From positions 22,726 to 86,725 of the forward strand of contig CAZETU010000004.1 of the NCBI GenBank assembly GCA_964514585.1: DNA of 64,000 nucleotides. Direction: 5' to 3'. Below, in pieces: positions 35,887-45,215 of this stretch. Each line of letters begins with the position of its first letter. Position 1 is the stretch's first letter. This DNA is from Candidatus Woesearchaeota archaeon (GTDB lineage Archaea; Nanobdellota; Nanobdellia; Pacearchaeales; GW2011-AR1). The position numbers were made by a program, and so were the translations under genes. The notes below the pieces were generated by a model. It saw only the letters and a list, made by a program, of their open reading frames with translations. It had not been told where the DNA came from and made no database searches.

Positions 35887-36633
35887 TCAATCGACTCCTT
35901 CCTTCTCCTTCTCATTCATGCCCTTCGTACTAAAAACAATCTCTTTCTCCTCAGTATCCTCAATCTCCACCTTCACAATCTTGTAAACATCCTCATGTAT
36001 TTCTTCAACACTTCTCATTTTCCCATCCGGAGTACACTTAATAACAGACCAACCAAATTTATCAGCACAATACAAAAACGCCTCAGAAGCATCATTAAGA
36101 TGATTTATATCCGCCTCATGTATATCTCTTTTATTCCCACCAACATAATCTCGATGCCCCTTTTCATCAACCAAAATCTGAGCAACAGCAGGATCAGCAT
36201 AAAGTAAAATTTGACAATCAGGCTTCGGTATTTCAAAAATACTATATTCTAATTCATGCAGCCAATCCAAAAACTTATCTCTTTCAATAATATCTTTAAT
36301 TTTACCAGATTGATGTCCCATATTCGCAGAAACATAACGATTACTAATACCTATTTCTCCATTTTCAAGACGCTTCCTAGCATCCTTTGATACAGCAAAA
36401 CGATCACAGGCATAAAAAATAGATGCCCTATAAGGACCAACTTCCTCAGCACTACCAAATTTCCCAGTCAAATAATCTTCAACCAATGCTGCACTTCTTT
36501 CTCCATATTGAGGAAAATCCAAAACAAAAACTGGGTACCCCTCTTCTTTCAACCTCTTAACCAACACCTCGGTCTGTGTTCCCTTTCCACTACCATCAAT
36601 TCCATCAATAACAATCAACTTCCCCCTTTTCAT
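35887..36633 (-). CDS. tmk: Thymidylate (dTMP) kinase
   Basis: IDGIDGSGKGTQ P-loop, DRF, NRYVSAN, PKPD. Confidence 0.92.
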   Translation of the reverse strand: MKRGKLIVIDGIDGSGKGTQTEVLVKRLKEEGYPVFVLDFPQYGERSAALVEDYLTGKFGSAEEVGPYRASIFYACDRFAVSKDARKRLENGEIGISNRYVSANMGHQSGKIKDIIERDKFLDWLHELEYSIFEIPKPDCQILLYADPAVAQILVDEKGHRDYVGGNKRDIHEADINHLNDASEAFLYCADKFGWSVIKCTPDGKMRSVEEIHEDVYKIVKVEIEDTEEKEIVFSTKGMNEKEKEGVD

Positions 36634-36732
36634 ACAAAAATCAAAGTTCATCCCTTTATAAAAAAATATGCACTACAGAATATACCTCACAAAAAACAAT
36701 AAATTAATATAAACACATTCACAAAATATATT

Positions 36733-37149
36733 ATGAAAATATATTTCGCAGGATCAATTCGCGGAGGAAGAAAAGACGCCGAACTCTACAATCAAATAAT
36801 TGAATATCTAAAAACTCTAGGAGAAGTTCTCACTGAACACGTAGGAGACACAAACCTCTCACACCTTGGAGAAAAAACAAAAACACAATATATTCACGAC
36901 AGAGATTTAAAATGGATAACAGAATGCAATATAATGATTGCAGAAGTTTCAACACCATCACTCGGAGTAGGATACGAAATAAAAGACGCAATAACCAAAA
37001 ACAAAAAAATTCTATGCTTATATCACCCACAAGAAAACAAAAGTCTCTCGGCAATGATAGCAGGCAGTCTAAATATAACAAATAAATCCTACACAAATCT
37101 AGACGAAGCAAAACAAATAATTAATGAATTCCTAAAAACAATACAATAA
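36733..37149 (+). CDS. DNPH1/RCL-like 2'-deoxynucleoside 5'-phosphate N-hydrolase
   Basis: IYFAGSIRGGR, VLTEHV, IHDRDLKWI, AEVSTPSLGVGYEI, SLSAMIAG. Confidence 0.9.
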   Translation: MKIYFAGSIRGGRKDAELYNQIIEYLKTLGEVLTEHVGDTNLSHLGEKTKTQYIHDRDLKWITECNIMIAEVSTPSLGVGYEIKDAITKNKKILCLYHPQENKSLSAMIAGSLNITNKSYTNLDEAKQIINEFLKTIQ

Positions 37150-37962
37150 TCACATACACCCAATAATCTTACAAAAATTACAAACCTCTCCCGTCGACGG
37201 CTCCCCACATTTCCCACAAACCTTCAACTCCCGCTTATTCTCAGTCCGCAAAGAAGGAACCAGTTTTTGAAAATTTTCAACAATAGCTAACTTCTCATCA
37301 TCCCCAATATGAGACATCCATTCCCTCGTATCAACCCGGTAAGTCCCAAAAGCACAAGGACACTTATCATACAAAATATCAAACTTCTTCGACTTAGCAT
37401 ACTTCATAATCTCCGACTCCGGAACAAAAAACAAAGGCTTAACCCTCTGAGCAAATCCCTCAATCCTCCGTTCCCCAGCCGACGGCGCCGAATTAACCCC
37501 CAACAAAACATTCCCCTTCAAAAAATTCATCAAAACATTCTGAGCCTCATCATCCAAATTATGCCCCGTCACCAAAACATCACCCCCAAGCTTCTTCGCC
37601 CACTTATTCAAAATCCATCTCTTAATAATCCCACAAACAGTACACCCCGTCAAATTCTTCTCCTTCTTTAAAACAGCCTTAATAAAACAAATCCCCTGCC
37701 CCAACTCCTTCTTCAAATCAACAATAGTCAACGGCACACCAAGCTCCCCACAAAACGTCGTCATATTCTCATTATGAACCCTCGACCAATCCCCCAAATG
37801 CAAATCAATCAACAACCCATGAACATCATAGCCCAAATTTTTCAAAATATACAAAACCGAAGTCGAATCCTTCCCACCGGATAAAGCCACGACTACCTTA
37901 TCTTTTTTCCCAATCAACTTATACTTGTCCACGGTTTCAGCGACTTTCTTCTCTATATCCAT
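37150..37962 (-). CDS. tRNA 2-thiolation protein (TtuA/NcsA/TtcA family)
   Basis: PP-loop SGGKDS, CTVC, GHNLDD, C-terminal CGKC...CNFC; N-terminal Zn finger absent. Confidence 0.88.
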   Translation of the reverse strand: MDIEKKVAETVDKYKLIGKKDKVVVALSGGKDSTSVLYILKNLGYDVHGLLIDLHLGDWSRVHNENMTTFCGELGVPLTIVDLKKELGQGICFIKAVLKKEKNLTGCTVCGIIKRWILNKWAKKLGGDVLVTGHNLDDEAQNVLMNFLKGNVLLGVNSAPSAGERRIEGFAQRVKPLFFVPESEIMKYAKSKKFDILYDKCPCAFGTYRVDTREWMSHIGDDEKLAIVENFQKLVPSLRTENKRELKVCGKCGEPSTGEVCNFCKIIGCM

Positions 37963-38047
37963 AATATAATAACAAAAAATCATCTTTTAAGTATAACGTT
38001 AACACAGATTCCCAAAACTTTATAAAGAAAAACAATCTTGACAAATA

Positions 38048-38989
38048 ATGACAGACAAGAAAGATACCAAAAAAATTCTAAAAGACTTGTCTCAAAACTA
38101 CTGGACGATTTCCACAGTTGTTTTAGCAGTAATTTTAATCATGGTATTAATTATAGGAAACACAGCTACTCCAACAATCAACACAGACGCAATAGCACAA
38201 AAAGTTGTAGAACTCGCAGAAGCACAGGGAGCAAAGGCAGAATTGATAACGGCGGTTGATAACGGACAATTAATCGAAGTAACACTTTCAATGCCAGACC
38301 AACAAGGAAATATGCAAGAAGTTTCTCTATATGCAACACGAGATGGAGAAAACCTAATCTTACCAAACGGAATGATCCCATTAGAAATACAAGAAACACC
38401 AGCGCCTACAGCACCAGCGCCTACACAAGTTCCTACTTCTAACAGACCCTCAGCAGAATTATTTATCATGACACATTGCCCTTACGGAACTCAAGCAGAA
38501 AAAGGATTCATCTCAGCAATGAAAACATTACAGGACGTCGCTAATGTACAAATCAGATTCGTTCACTATTTTATGCACGACCCTGAAGAAACAGAAACAC
38601 CAATTCAAGTCTGCATCAGAGAAGAACAACCAAGCAAATTCCTACCATACTTAGAATGTTTCCTTGAAGCAGGAGACACAGACGCTTGTATCACAACAGC
38701 AAACGTAGACAAAACAAAAGTCGACGAATGTATCGCTAACGGAAACGCAGCAAAATACTACGAAGCAGATTCTGCACTAAGCCAACAATACGGAGTAAGC
38801 GGAAGTCCAACATTAATAGTCAACGGAGCAAAATCAAGCGCAGGACGAGACTCAGCCTCATACCTAGCTGGAATCTGTTCAGCATTCAACGACGCTCCAG
38901 AAGTTTGTAACACAGAGTTATCAACAGCAGCTCCAAGCCCAGGATTCGGATACACAGCAGCAGGAAGCGCAACAACAGCTCAGTGTTAA
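38048..38989 (+). CDS. Membrane-anchored thioredoxin/DsbA-fold protein (monothiol CPYG)
   Basis: N-terminal TM, Pro-rich linker, FIMTHCPYG, GVSGSPTLIVNG cis-Pro loop. Confidence 0.8.
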   Translation: MTDKKDTKKILKDLSQNYWTISTVVLAVILIMVLIIGNTATPTINTDAIAQKVVELAEAQGAKAELITAVDNGQLIEVTLSMPDQQGNMQEVSLYATRDGENLILPNGMIPLEIQETPAPTAPAPTQVPTSNRPSAELFIMTHCPYGTQAEKGFISAMKTLQDVANVQIRFVHYFMHDPEETETPIQVCIREEQPSKFLPYLECFLEAGDTDACITTANVDKTKVDECIANGNAAKYYEADSALSQQYGVSGSPTLIVNGAKSSAGRDSASYLAGICSAFNDAPEVCNTELSTAAPSPGFGYTAAGSATTAQC

Positions 38990-39009
38990 TAAAAATATTT
39001 TTAATTTTT

Positions 39010-40212
39010 TCAAGCAACAATCGGTTTATCTAAATATCCAATCTCGTCATCAGACAATCTCAAATCTTCTCGAATCTTAGAACCCTGCAAAATAATCTTC
39101 AACAACATAAAATCCTTCATCGCAGTCTTCGTCGAAATATGACAATGCTTAGCATACTTCTGGCAAATCGTCTTCTTCTTCGCCGCCCTTTGATTCTGCA
39201 ACCAAATCTTCAAAATCCGACTCGGCTTCTTATAACTAGTCCACCCCTTCCTATCATATTTCTTAACAGACGCAACACCTGCCCCAAGCAAAAAATATTC
39301 ATAAACCATAAACCTCCAATGCCTCTGCCTCCGAATCCGCCCACGAAAAACATCAGCCAAACTCAAAGCCTCAATCGCCCGACACAATTCCTCACCCTGA
39401 TACGCAATCGGCAAATTCTCCTCGACCCACAAAAACACATCGTCAATCGGCATGTTCACATCGTCATAAATATTCAACATCTTCTTATCAATATTAGCAT
39501 TCTGAAAAACATGCTGCAAAGCCGAAAAAATCGACTGCTCCTTATCCCTCTCACCAACCTCCTGTAAAAGATCCGGCGAATCCATTTTCGACAAAAGCTG
39601 CAAATCATTCAACGCCGCCCGAATATCCCCCCGAGCCTTAATCGCAATCGACTTCAAAACGTCCCCACTAACAACAACGCTCTCCTTCTCGCAAACATCC
39701 ATCATAATCTTCAACACAACCTTATAGTCAACCTCCTTCAACGCAATCAACTCAGACTTATTCCGAAGCAAATTAAATTTCTTCTGCCAAATATCATTCG
39801 CCGTCACAACCACAGGAAACACCGACTTCTCCAAAAGACCCAATAACTCAGCAAGACCACCCCTATCCTTCATCGCCGAAATCCCATCAACCTCATCAAC
39901 CAAAATAATCTTATTCTTCCTAAACAAACTCTTCTGTCTCGAAGCCGGCCCAACAATCATTGAAATCTTATCTTTATTCCGAAAATCACTCGCATTCATT
40001 TCCAAAACCTCAGCATCAGTTTCAAACGCAATCGCATAAGCAAGACTAGTCTTCCCAACTCCCGGCGGCCCATGCAAAACCATCGCCTTCTTCTTCGGAA
40101 ACATCTTCAAAAACAACTTAGCCTTATCAATCGCCAAATCCTGCCCCTTCACATCGTCAAAACATTTCGCCCGATACTTCTCGCACCACGGCACATTATC
40201 CATGTTCATCAT
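39010..40212 (-). CDS. rfcL: Replication factor C large subunit
   Basis: PWCEKYRAK, GPPGVGKTS, EMNASD, LVDEVD, GDIRAALNDLQ. Confidence 0.95.
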   Translation of the reverse strand: MMNMDNVPWCEKYRAKCFDDVKGQDLAIDKAKLFLKMFPKKKAMVLHGPPGVGKTSLAYAIAFETDAEVLEMNASDFRNKDKISMIVGPASRQKSLFRKNKIILVDEVDGISAMKDRGGLAELLGLLEKSVFPVVVTANDIWQKKFNLLRNKSELIALKEVDYKVVLKIMMDVCEKESVVVSGDVLKSIAIKARGDIRAALNDLQLLSKMDSPDLLQEVGERDKEQSIFSALQHVFQNANIDKKMLNIYDDVNMPIDDVFLWVEENLPIAYQGEELCRAIEALSLADVFRGRIRRQRHWRFMVYEYFLLGAGVASVKKYDRKGWTSYKKPSRILKIWLQNQRAAKKKTICQKYAKHCHISTKTAMKDFMLLKIILQGSKIREDLRLSDDEIGYLDKPIVA

Positions 40213-40616
40213 CGTACCAACTCCAACTCCCCATTTATCACAACCAGAGACATCCCCCTCAATTCATCACTAAAAGAACAATTCGGCAAAGGATTATAAA
40301 AAAATATTTTCTTATTCATTTCCCATGCTTTAATCACTTCCATAAAAGTCGCGCCACCAATATAATTCGGAATTCCATTTTTCTCAAAATTCAAAACAAG
40401 AATTGCATCCTGCGGAGCAATAGACGCATCAGTTCTCCTCATCATCTCGTCCTTCCAATTTACATGCTCCTCGCTTCCACTCTCCATCTCCTCTTCCTCA
40501 AACGGATTCTCAAAACAATTAGGTAACGTAATCTCATGTCCTCTTAATTCCAAATTCTCTTTAATTGGCATAATCCTATCATAAAAATGCTTACTTGAAG
40601 CAATGAAAATTTTCAT
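40209..40616 (-). CDS. Nucleoside deoxyribosyltransferase-like protein between rfcS and rfcL
   Basis: KIFIASS, DAILVLN, YIGGATFME...KKIF pattern. Confidence 0.6.
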   Translation of the reverse strand: MKIFIASSKHFYDRIMPIKENLELRGHEITLPNCFENPFEEEEMESGSEEHVNWKDEMMRRTDASIAPQDAILVLNFEKNGIPNYIGGATFMEVIKAWEMNKKIFFYNPLPNCSFSDELRGMSLVVINGELELVR

Positions 40617-40618
40617 AT

Positions 40619-41623
40619 TTACTCCGCCCCCTTCAGCCTACCCGTCTCACAACCGTCACCAATGCCAGCCATAATAAACGCAGCAATCAAAGCTTCCAAC
40701 TGAATAAACTCATCAGCACCCTCAACCAACCTAAACTCAGCCTCGCCAGTCTTCTCAGTCAATCGAACCTTCAACGCATTATCAATCGGCAAATTCCAAA
40801 CCTCTTTCTGAATCGCCTTAATCACATCCTGCCCCGAAATCGACTCTTTCAACATAATATCCAACAACTTCTCCCTCGAACTCTGAAAATCCCCACTCAA
40901 AGCATAATCAAGAACAATCTTAATATCCGAAGGCTTTGCCTTACTAACAATCGTGTTCACCAAATCCGGAGTAATATTAGGACTAATCGACGCCGTCGCC
41001 TGCAACAAATTAATAATCCTCCTACAATCTCCCTCGCTAGCCTCATACAAGGCATCAAACGCATCAGGAGTAATACTAAGGCCCTCATACTCAGAAATCA
41101 AATCAATCCGCTTCTTAACGTCCTTCTTCTCCAACAACTGAAACCTAAACACAACCGTCCTAGACTGTATAGGGTCAAGTATCTTCGACGAATAATTACA
41201 AGACATAACAAACCTACAAGTCGAAGTATAATTCTCCATAGTCCTTCTCAAAGCCTGCTGCGCCTCCCTCGTCAAAGCATCCGCCTCATCAAGAAAAATA
41301 ACCTTAAACGGAACGTCCCCTATAGCCTTCGTCCTCGCAAAATCTTTAACCTTCTGTCGCACAACATCAATACCTCGCTCATCCGACGCATTCAACTCCA
41401 AATAATTCTCACGCCAAGATTCCCCAAACAAAGTCTTAACAATAATTAAAGCAAGTGTACTCTTCCCAGTTCCAGCCGGCCCAGCAAAAAGCAAATGCGG
41501 AATATTCATCGAACCAACCAAAGACTTAACTCTCTTAAGAATCTCAACTTGCCCAACCATATCACCAAACTCCTTCGGCCGATATTTCTCGGTCCACACC
41601 TCCGAACTATAATGCTCCGTCAT
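40619..41623 (-). CDS. rfcS: Replication factor C small subunit
   Basis: WTEKYRP, GPAGTGKS, ELNASDERGIDVVR, FLDEAD, AQQALRRTME, QSR. Confidence 0.97.
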   Translation of the reverse strand: MTEHYSSEVWTEKYRPKEFGDMVGQVEILKRVKSLVGSMNIPHLLFAGPAGTGKSTLALIIVKTLFGESWRENYLELNASDERGIDVVRQKVKDFARTKAIGDVPFKVIFLDEADALTREAQQALRRTMENYTSTCRFVMSCNYSSKILDPIQSRTVVFRFQLLEKKDVKKRIDLISEYEGLSITPDAFDALYEASEGDCRRIINLLQATASISPNITPDLVNTIVSKAKPSDIKIVLDYALSGDFQSSREKLLDIMLKESISGQDVIKAIQKEVWNLPIDNALKVRLTEKTGEAEFRLVEGADEFIQLEALIAAFIMAGIGDGCETGRLKGAE

Positions 41624-41668
41624 AATCTAAAAAGAAATCCCCTGTTTATAAGGATTATTGTGATAAGC

Positions 41669-42427
41669 CTAGCACACTCCACAAGGATCAAGCTTCTTTG
41701 ATAATTCAGGATCATAAGATTCCACTAAATAATCATCACAAACTTCAATATCAGCACATCTAACAGTTATTGGATTAACACCTTCATAAAAATGCAAATC
41801 ACACCCATCAACATTACTTTGCACTCCCAAATATTCCAAATTACATAAACCTGAATCATTAGTATGAAAAGCAATCCGCTGATGACACAAATAAAAATAA
41901 TAAGGAGAACCTATTTTATCACAAACACCCTCATCAACAATTTCATCATGCTCGTCAACAAAATAAAAAATACAAGAATCAACAACCCTCGTCTCCTCAT
42001 CAACTCCTTCAGCCTCTACCCTCTCCTCATTAGAAAAAGAAACTGGATTAAAAAAATCCCCATCATTTCCCAGTTTAAAACAATCATCAATACTCTCTAT
42101 CGGTTCTTTATCGGGTACACAAAAAGGAATACCACCGCCATTAATACATCTCATAACAATCGGCCCAGAAAAACCACTCAAACAGTCCCCATCAGACATA
42201 AGATATCCATATTTTTCCATTTCATCAACACTATTCAAACAACACTTTTTTTCAGAAGGAGAAACTAAAGAATTATCAGAAAGATCTTCACAAAACTGTA
42301 TTCTTAAATTATTATAATAATCAGGGATACGTTCCTCGTTCATTACCCAATTTATCTTACTATACAAATAAACTCCAGCAAAAATTAAAAAAATAACGGC
42401 AATAACAACCCACCATTTCTTCTTCAT
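41669..42427 (-). CDS. Secreted/membrane-anchored Cys-rich hypothetical protein
   Basis: N-terminal TM/signal; many Cys in an acidic ectodomain. Confidence 0.75.
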   Translation of the reverse strand: MKKKWWVVIAVIFLIFAGVYLYSKINWVMNEERIPDYYNNLRIQFCEDLSDNSLVSPSEKKCCLNSVDEMEKYGYLMSDGDCLSGFSGPIVMRCINGGGIPFCVPDKEPIESIDDCFKLGNDGDFFNPVSFSNEERVEAEGVDEETRVVDSCIFYFVDEHDEIVDEGVCDKIGSPYYFYLCHQRIAFHTNDSGLCNLEYLGVQSNVDGCDLHFYEGVNPITVRCADIEVCDDYLVESYDPELSKKLDPCGVC

Positions 42428-42473
42428 AAAACACTCAACACTAAAAACATTATAAATCTTTCGAGAATTACAA

Positions 42474-42584
42474 CTACTTATTTCTCTTCAGCTTTCTCTT
42501 TCGCTTTTCCTTCTTAAGTCTCTTACGCTGCCATTTCCAACGCATTTGACCTTTCTTCTTCCATCGTCTTGAACTTCTCTTCAT
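42474..42584 (-). CDS. rpl41e: Ribosomal protein L41e (eS32)
   Basis: 36-aa basic peptide MKRSSRRWKKKGQMRWKWQRKRLKKEKRKRK matching the archaeal pattern WKKKG.MRWKW. Confidence 0.85.
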   Translation of the reverse strand: MKRSSRRWKKKGQMRWKWQRKRLKKEKRKRKLKRNK

Positions 42585-42644
42585 TGTAATAATAACTCCA
42601 AATTTAGGTTTATAAAGTTTTAGATAACTTCTTACCGGAATCAA

Positions 42645-42717
42645 TAGCCCCACCAGGATTCGAACCTGGGTCACGAGAGTCAGAGTCTCGTATCCTTGAC
42701 CACTAGACTATGGGACT
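42645..42717 (-). tRNA. tRNA-Gln(CUG)
   Basis: AGTCCCA/TGGGGCT acceptor (A1-U72), CGAGA-CTCTGAC-TCTCG anticodon arm, GGTTCGAATCC. Confidence 0.97.
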
Positions 42718-42779
42718 ACATCCAAACAACAAAATCTTAATTTAAAAAGTTTTATAATACAACTCCTCGTTACAAAACT

Positions 42780-43298
42780 ATGACAATAAAAGCAAACCTA
42801 ACATCGGAAAAAATCACATCAAATACAGCTGAAGCTCAAAATTTATTTTCAACAAGAAGATTTGGAGAAAAAGACGGAGAAAAAATCTTGTATTCAATCT
42901 TCGAAACACTATTCCTAATTCAAGACAAAAAAATGGAAATCCACGACTTCCGAGATAAAAAATTAACCAAAAAAGAAATCTTAAAACGCTTCGAAAAAAT
43001 AGATAAAAAATTCCATACAAAATACCTCGTCTTCAAAGACTTAAGAAAAAAAGGGTACATCGTAAAGACCGCTCTAAAATTTGGAGCAGAATTCAGAGTC
43101 TACGAAAAAGGAACAAAAGTCGGCAAGAGCCATTCCAAATGGATATGCTTCCCAGTCTCGCAGAGAGAAGTATCAACATGGCAAGATTTCGTAGCTAAAA
43201 ACCGAGTCGCACACTCAACAAAAAAGAACCTCCTAATAGCAATCGTAGACGACGAAGGAGACATCTCATACTTCGAAATCAAATGGACTAGAACATAA
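42780..43298 (+). CDS. endA: tRNA splicing endonuclease (short, alpha4-type length)
   Basis: YLVFKDLRKKGY, ALKFGAEFRVY, GKSHSKW, RVAHSTKK. Confidence 0.93.
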   Translation: MTIKANLTSEKITSNTAEAQNLFSTRRFGEKDGEKILYSIFETLFLIQDKKMEIHDFRDKKLTKKEILKRFEKIDKKFHTKYLVFKDLRKKGYIVKTALKFGAEFRVYEKGTKVGKSHSKWICFPVSQREVSTWQDFVAKNRVAHSTKKNLLIAIVDDEGDISYFEIKWTRT

Positions 43299-43346
43299 CT
43301 CTTCGAACACAAAAAACCTTATAACTTCTAACAATCTCTAAATTTC

Positions 43347-44273
43347 ATGATAGATGTCGAAGATAAAAAACAAAGAATACTTTCATTCTTAGAACAAAAC
43401 GGACCCTCTCTCCCAGTCAGAATTGCAAAAACAATCCAAATGGACCCAATCTTCGCATCCGCAATTTTATCAGAACTCTTAGGCGCGCACAAAATCAAAA
43501 TGAGCCACATGAAAATCGGCGCCTCCCCCCTCTATCTAATCCCAGGACAAGAGAAACAATTAGAAAAATACACTGAACACCTAAAATCGGCCGAAAAAGA
43601 AGCTTATAACAAACTCAAGAAAGGAGAAAAATTAACAGACAAAAACGAAGAACCAGCAACAAGAGTAGCCCTAAGAAGTATCAAAGATTTCGCAATACCC
43701 TTCAAATTAAACGAAGAAATAATGTGGGAATACGCATTTAAGCCAGAAATCCCAAAAGAAACTCCAAAAGAAGAAGAGCCAGAAACAAGACCAGTCCAAG
43801 AAACTGAAAAAATCCCCAAACCTGAACCAGTCGAAGAAGAGCCAGAAACAAAAATAAAAGAAGAACAAAAACCAGAAGAAAATCAGAAACCAGGAAAAGA
43901 GCCAGAACAAAAATCTTTAGAACCAATATTTGAAGAAAAAAACGAAGAACCAAAGCCAGAATTTTTAAATGAGGTCAAAGAATTTTTAGAAAATAAAAAA
44001 ATAGAGTTCTTAGAGGAAATCCAATCAGAAAAAAAAGAAATAGTCGCCAAAGTAAGTATTAATTCAACCCTTGGAGAAATGCACTTCCTTATGATTGCCA
44101 AAAACAAAAAGACAATCTCCAGAGAAGAAATTAACGCATCAGTTCAAAGGGCAAGATATAACAAAATGCCCTGTCTACTCATTCTCAAAAAAGAACCATC
44201 AAAAACAATACAAACTCTAATTGAGGAAAATCACCTAATAAAATTAGAAATAATGTCAAACGAAGAACCATAA
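43347..44273 (+). CDS. Hypothetical protein: N-terminal HTH-like domain, Pro/Glu/Lys-rich linker, C-terminal domain
   Basis: GPSLPVRIAKTIQMDPIFASAILSEL helix-turn-helix-like segment; low-complexity centre. Confidence 0.75.
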   Translation: MIDVEDKKQRILSFLEQNGPSLPVRIAKTIQMDPIFASAILSELLGAHKIKMSHMKIGASPLYLIPGQEKQLEKYTEHLKSAEKEAYNKLKKGEKLTDKNEEPATRVALRSIKDFAIPFKLNEEIMWEYAFKPEIPKETPKEEEPETRPVQETEKIPKPEPVEEEPETKIKEEQKPEENQKPGKEPEQKSLEPIFEEKNEEPKPEFLNEVKEFLENKKIEFLEEIQSEKKEIVAKVSINSTLGEMHFLMIAKNKKTISREEINASVQRARYNKMPCLLILKKEPSKTIQTLIEENHLIKLEIMSNEEP

Positions 44274-44304
44274 TACTTTTAAACCCAAAATAATACCCTT
44301 AAAC

Positions 44305-44508
44305 ATGGGAAGAATAAAATCGACACTAATCAAAAGAACTTCAAGACAGTTAATTGTAAATTCGACAGAATCATTCGGAAAAACATTCGAAGAAAATAAA
44401 AAAGCACTTGGAAGCATACTTCCATCAAAGAAGATGAGAAACAAAGTAGCCGGTTATATTGCACGGATCAAAAGAAACACAAAGACAATCATCGACGACA
44501 ATGAATAA
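44305..44508 (+). CDS. rps17e: 30S ribosomal protein eS17
   Basis: MGRIKSTLIKRT, FEENKK, SKKMRNKVAGYI. Confidence 0.95.
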   Translation: MGRIKSTLIKRTSRQLIVNSTESFGKTFEENKKALGSILPSKKMRNKVAGYIARIKRNTKTIIDDNE

Positions 44509-44512
44509 TAAA

Positions 44513-44812
44513 ATGACAGAAGAAACAATAAAAACAAGCGAAAATTATATTTTTATCGGGGGGAAACCCTTTATGAATTACATTACTGGAGTAGTTATGC
44601 AATTCAACAACAACAAAGCCAACGAAGTAACAATCAAAGCTAGAGGAAAATTTATTTCCAAGGCAGTCGATGTTGCAGAAGTTGCACGAAGAAAATTCTT
44701 AACAGAGCTAAACGTAAAAGTTAAAGAAGTTAGAATCGGAAGCGAAGAATTCGAAAACAAAGAAGGTAAAATGGTTAACGTTTCCACTCTTGAAATCGTT
44801 CTAACAAGATAA
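44513..44812 (+). CDS. albA: Alba chromatin/RNA-binding protein
   Basis: IFIGGKPFMNY, KARGKFISKAVDVAE, VSTLEIVL. Confidence 0.94.
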   Translation: MTEETIKTSENYIFIGGKPFMNYITGVVMQFNNNKANEVTIKARGKFISKAVDVAEVARRKFLTELNVKVKEVRIGSEEFENKEGKMVNVSTLEIVLTR

Positions 44813-45082
44813 TTACTTCTTTTTCTTTCTAGATTTTTTACTACTTTTCAAAAGAGTATCTAATTTTTTATCAATAACATCAACTTTCTTCTCGATACGG
44901 ACAACTCTCCTATGCCTTCTCCAATTCAAAAAAGCCATGACAACAGCATAACAAACATAAACAATAAACGCAATTCCAACAGCCTTCAATATCGTAGCCA
45001 GCCCAGAAAAACTTTCAACAATTTGAGGAGGTAAATCCACAAATGCATCAGTAAAATTAATCATCCCCTCACTTATAGCCAT
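44813..45082 (-). CDS. Small membrane protein
   Basis: One TM segment and a basic tail; start placed at ATG 45082 so the ORF does not overlap the tRNA. Confidence 0.7.
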   Translation of the reverse strand: MAISEGMINFTDAFVDLPPQIVESFSGLATILKAVGIAFIVYVCYAVVMAFLNWRRHRRVVRIEKKVDVIDKKLDTLLKSSKKSRKKKK

Positions 45083-45124
45083 AACTGCAAAAAGAAACCT
45101 CACTATTAAAACGTTATCATTAAA

Positions 45125-45196
45125 TGGCTCTAGGGAGTGCTGACCTCCCGGCCTCCGCCTCATGAGAGCGGCGCTCTACCGCTGAGCTATAGAGCC
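45125..45196 (-). tRNA. tRNA with CAU anticodon (probably elongator Met), non-canonical T loop
   Basis: GGCTCTA/TAGAGCC acceptor, TAGCTCAGCGGTAGAGC D arm, CCGCT-CTCATGA-GGCGG anticodon arm, GGGAG-GTCAGCA-CTCCC T arm. Confidence 0.88.
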
Positions 45197-45215
45197 ATAC
45201 AAAGAACTAAGAATT

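Noticed and set aside
24554-37149. Bacterial contamination or chimeric contig as the explanation for lpxC, dcd, nrdR, glyA and thyX
   Set aside because: These genes are interleaved with archaeal markers (rpoH, CCA-less tRNA, rfcL/S) and several share the host strand bias and TATA-like promoters. It cannot be fully excluded without read data.
42585-42674. N-terminal extension of the L41e ORF
   Set aside because: It overlaps tRNA-Gln; the family motif begins at ATG 42584.
44813-45163. N-terminal extension of the membrane ORF given in the track
   Set aside because: It runs through the CAU tRNA; the ATG at 45082 is more plausible.
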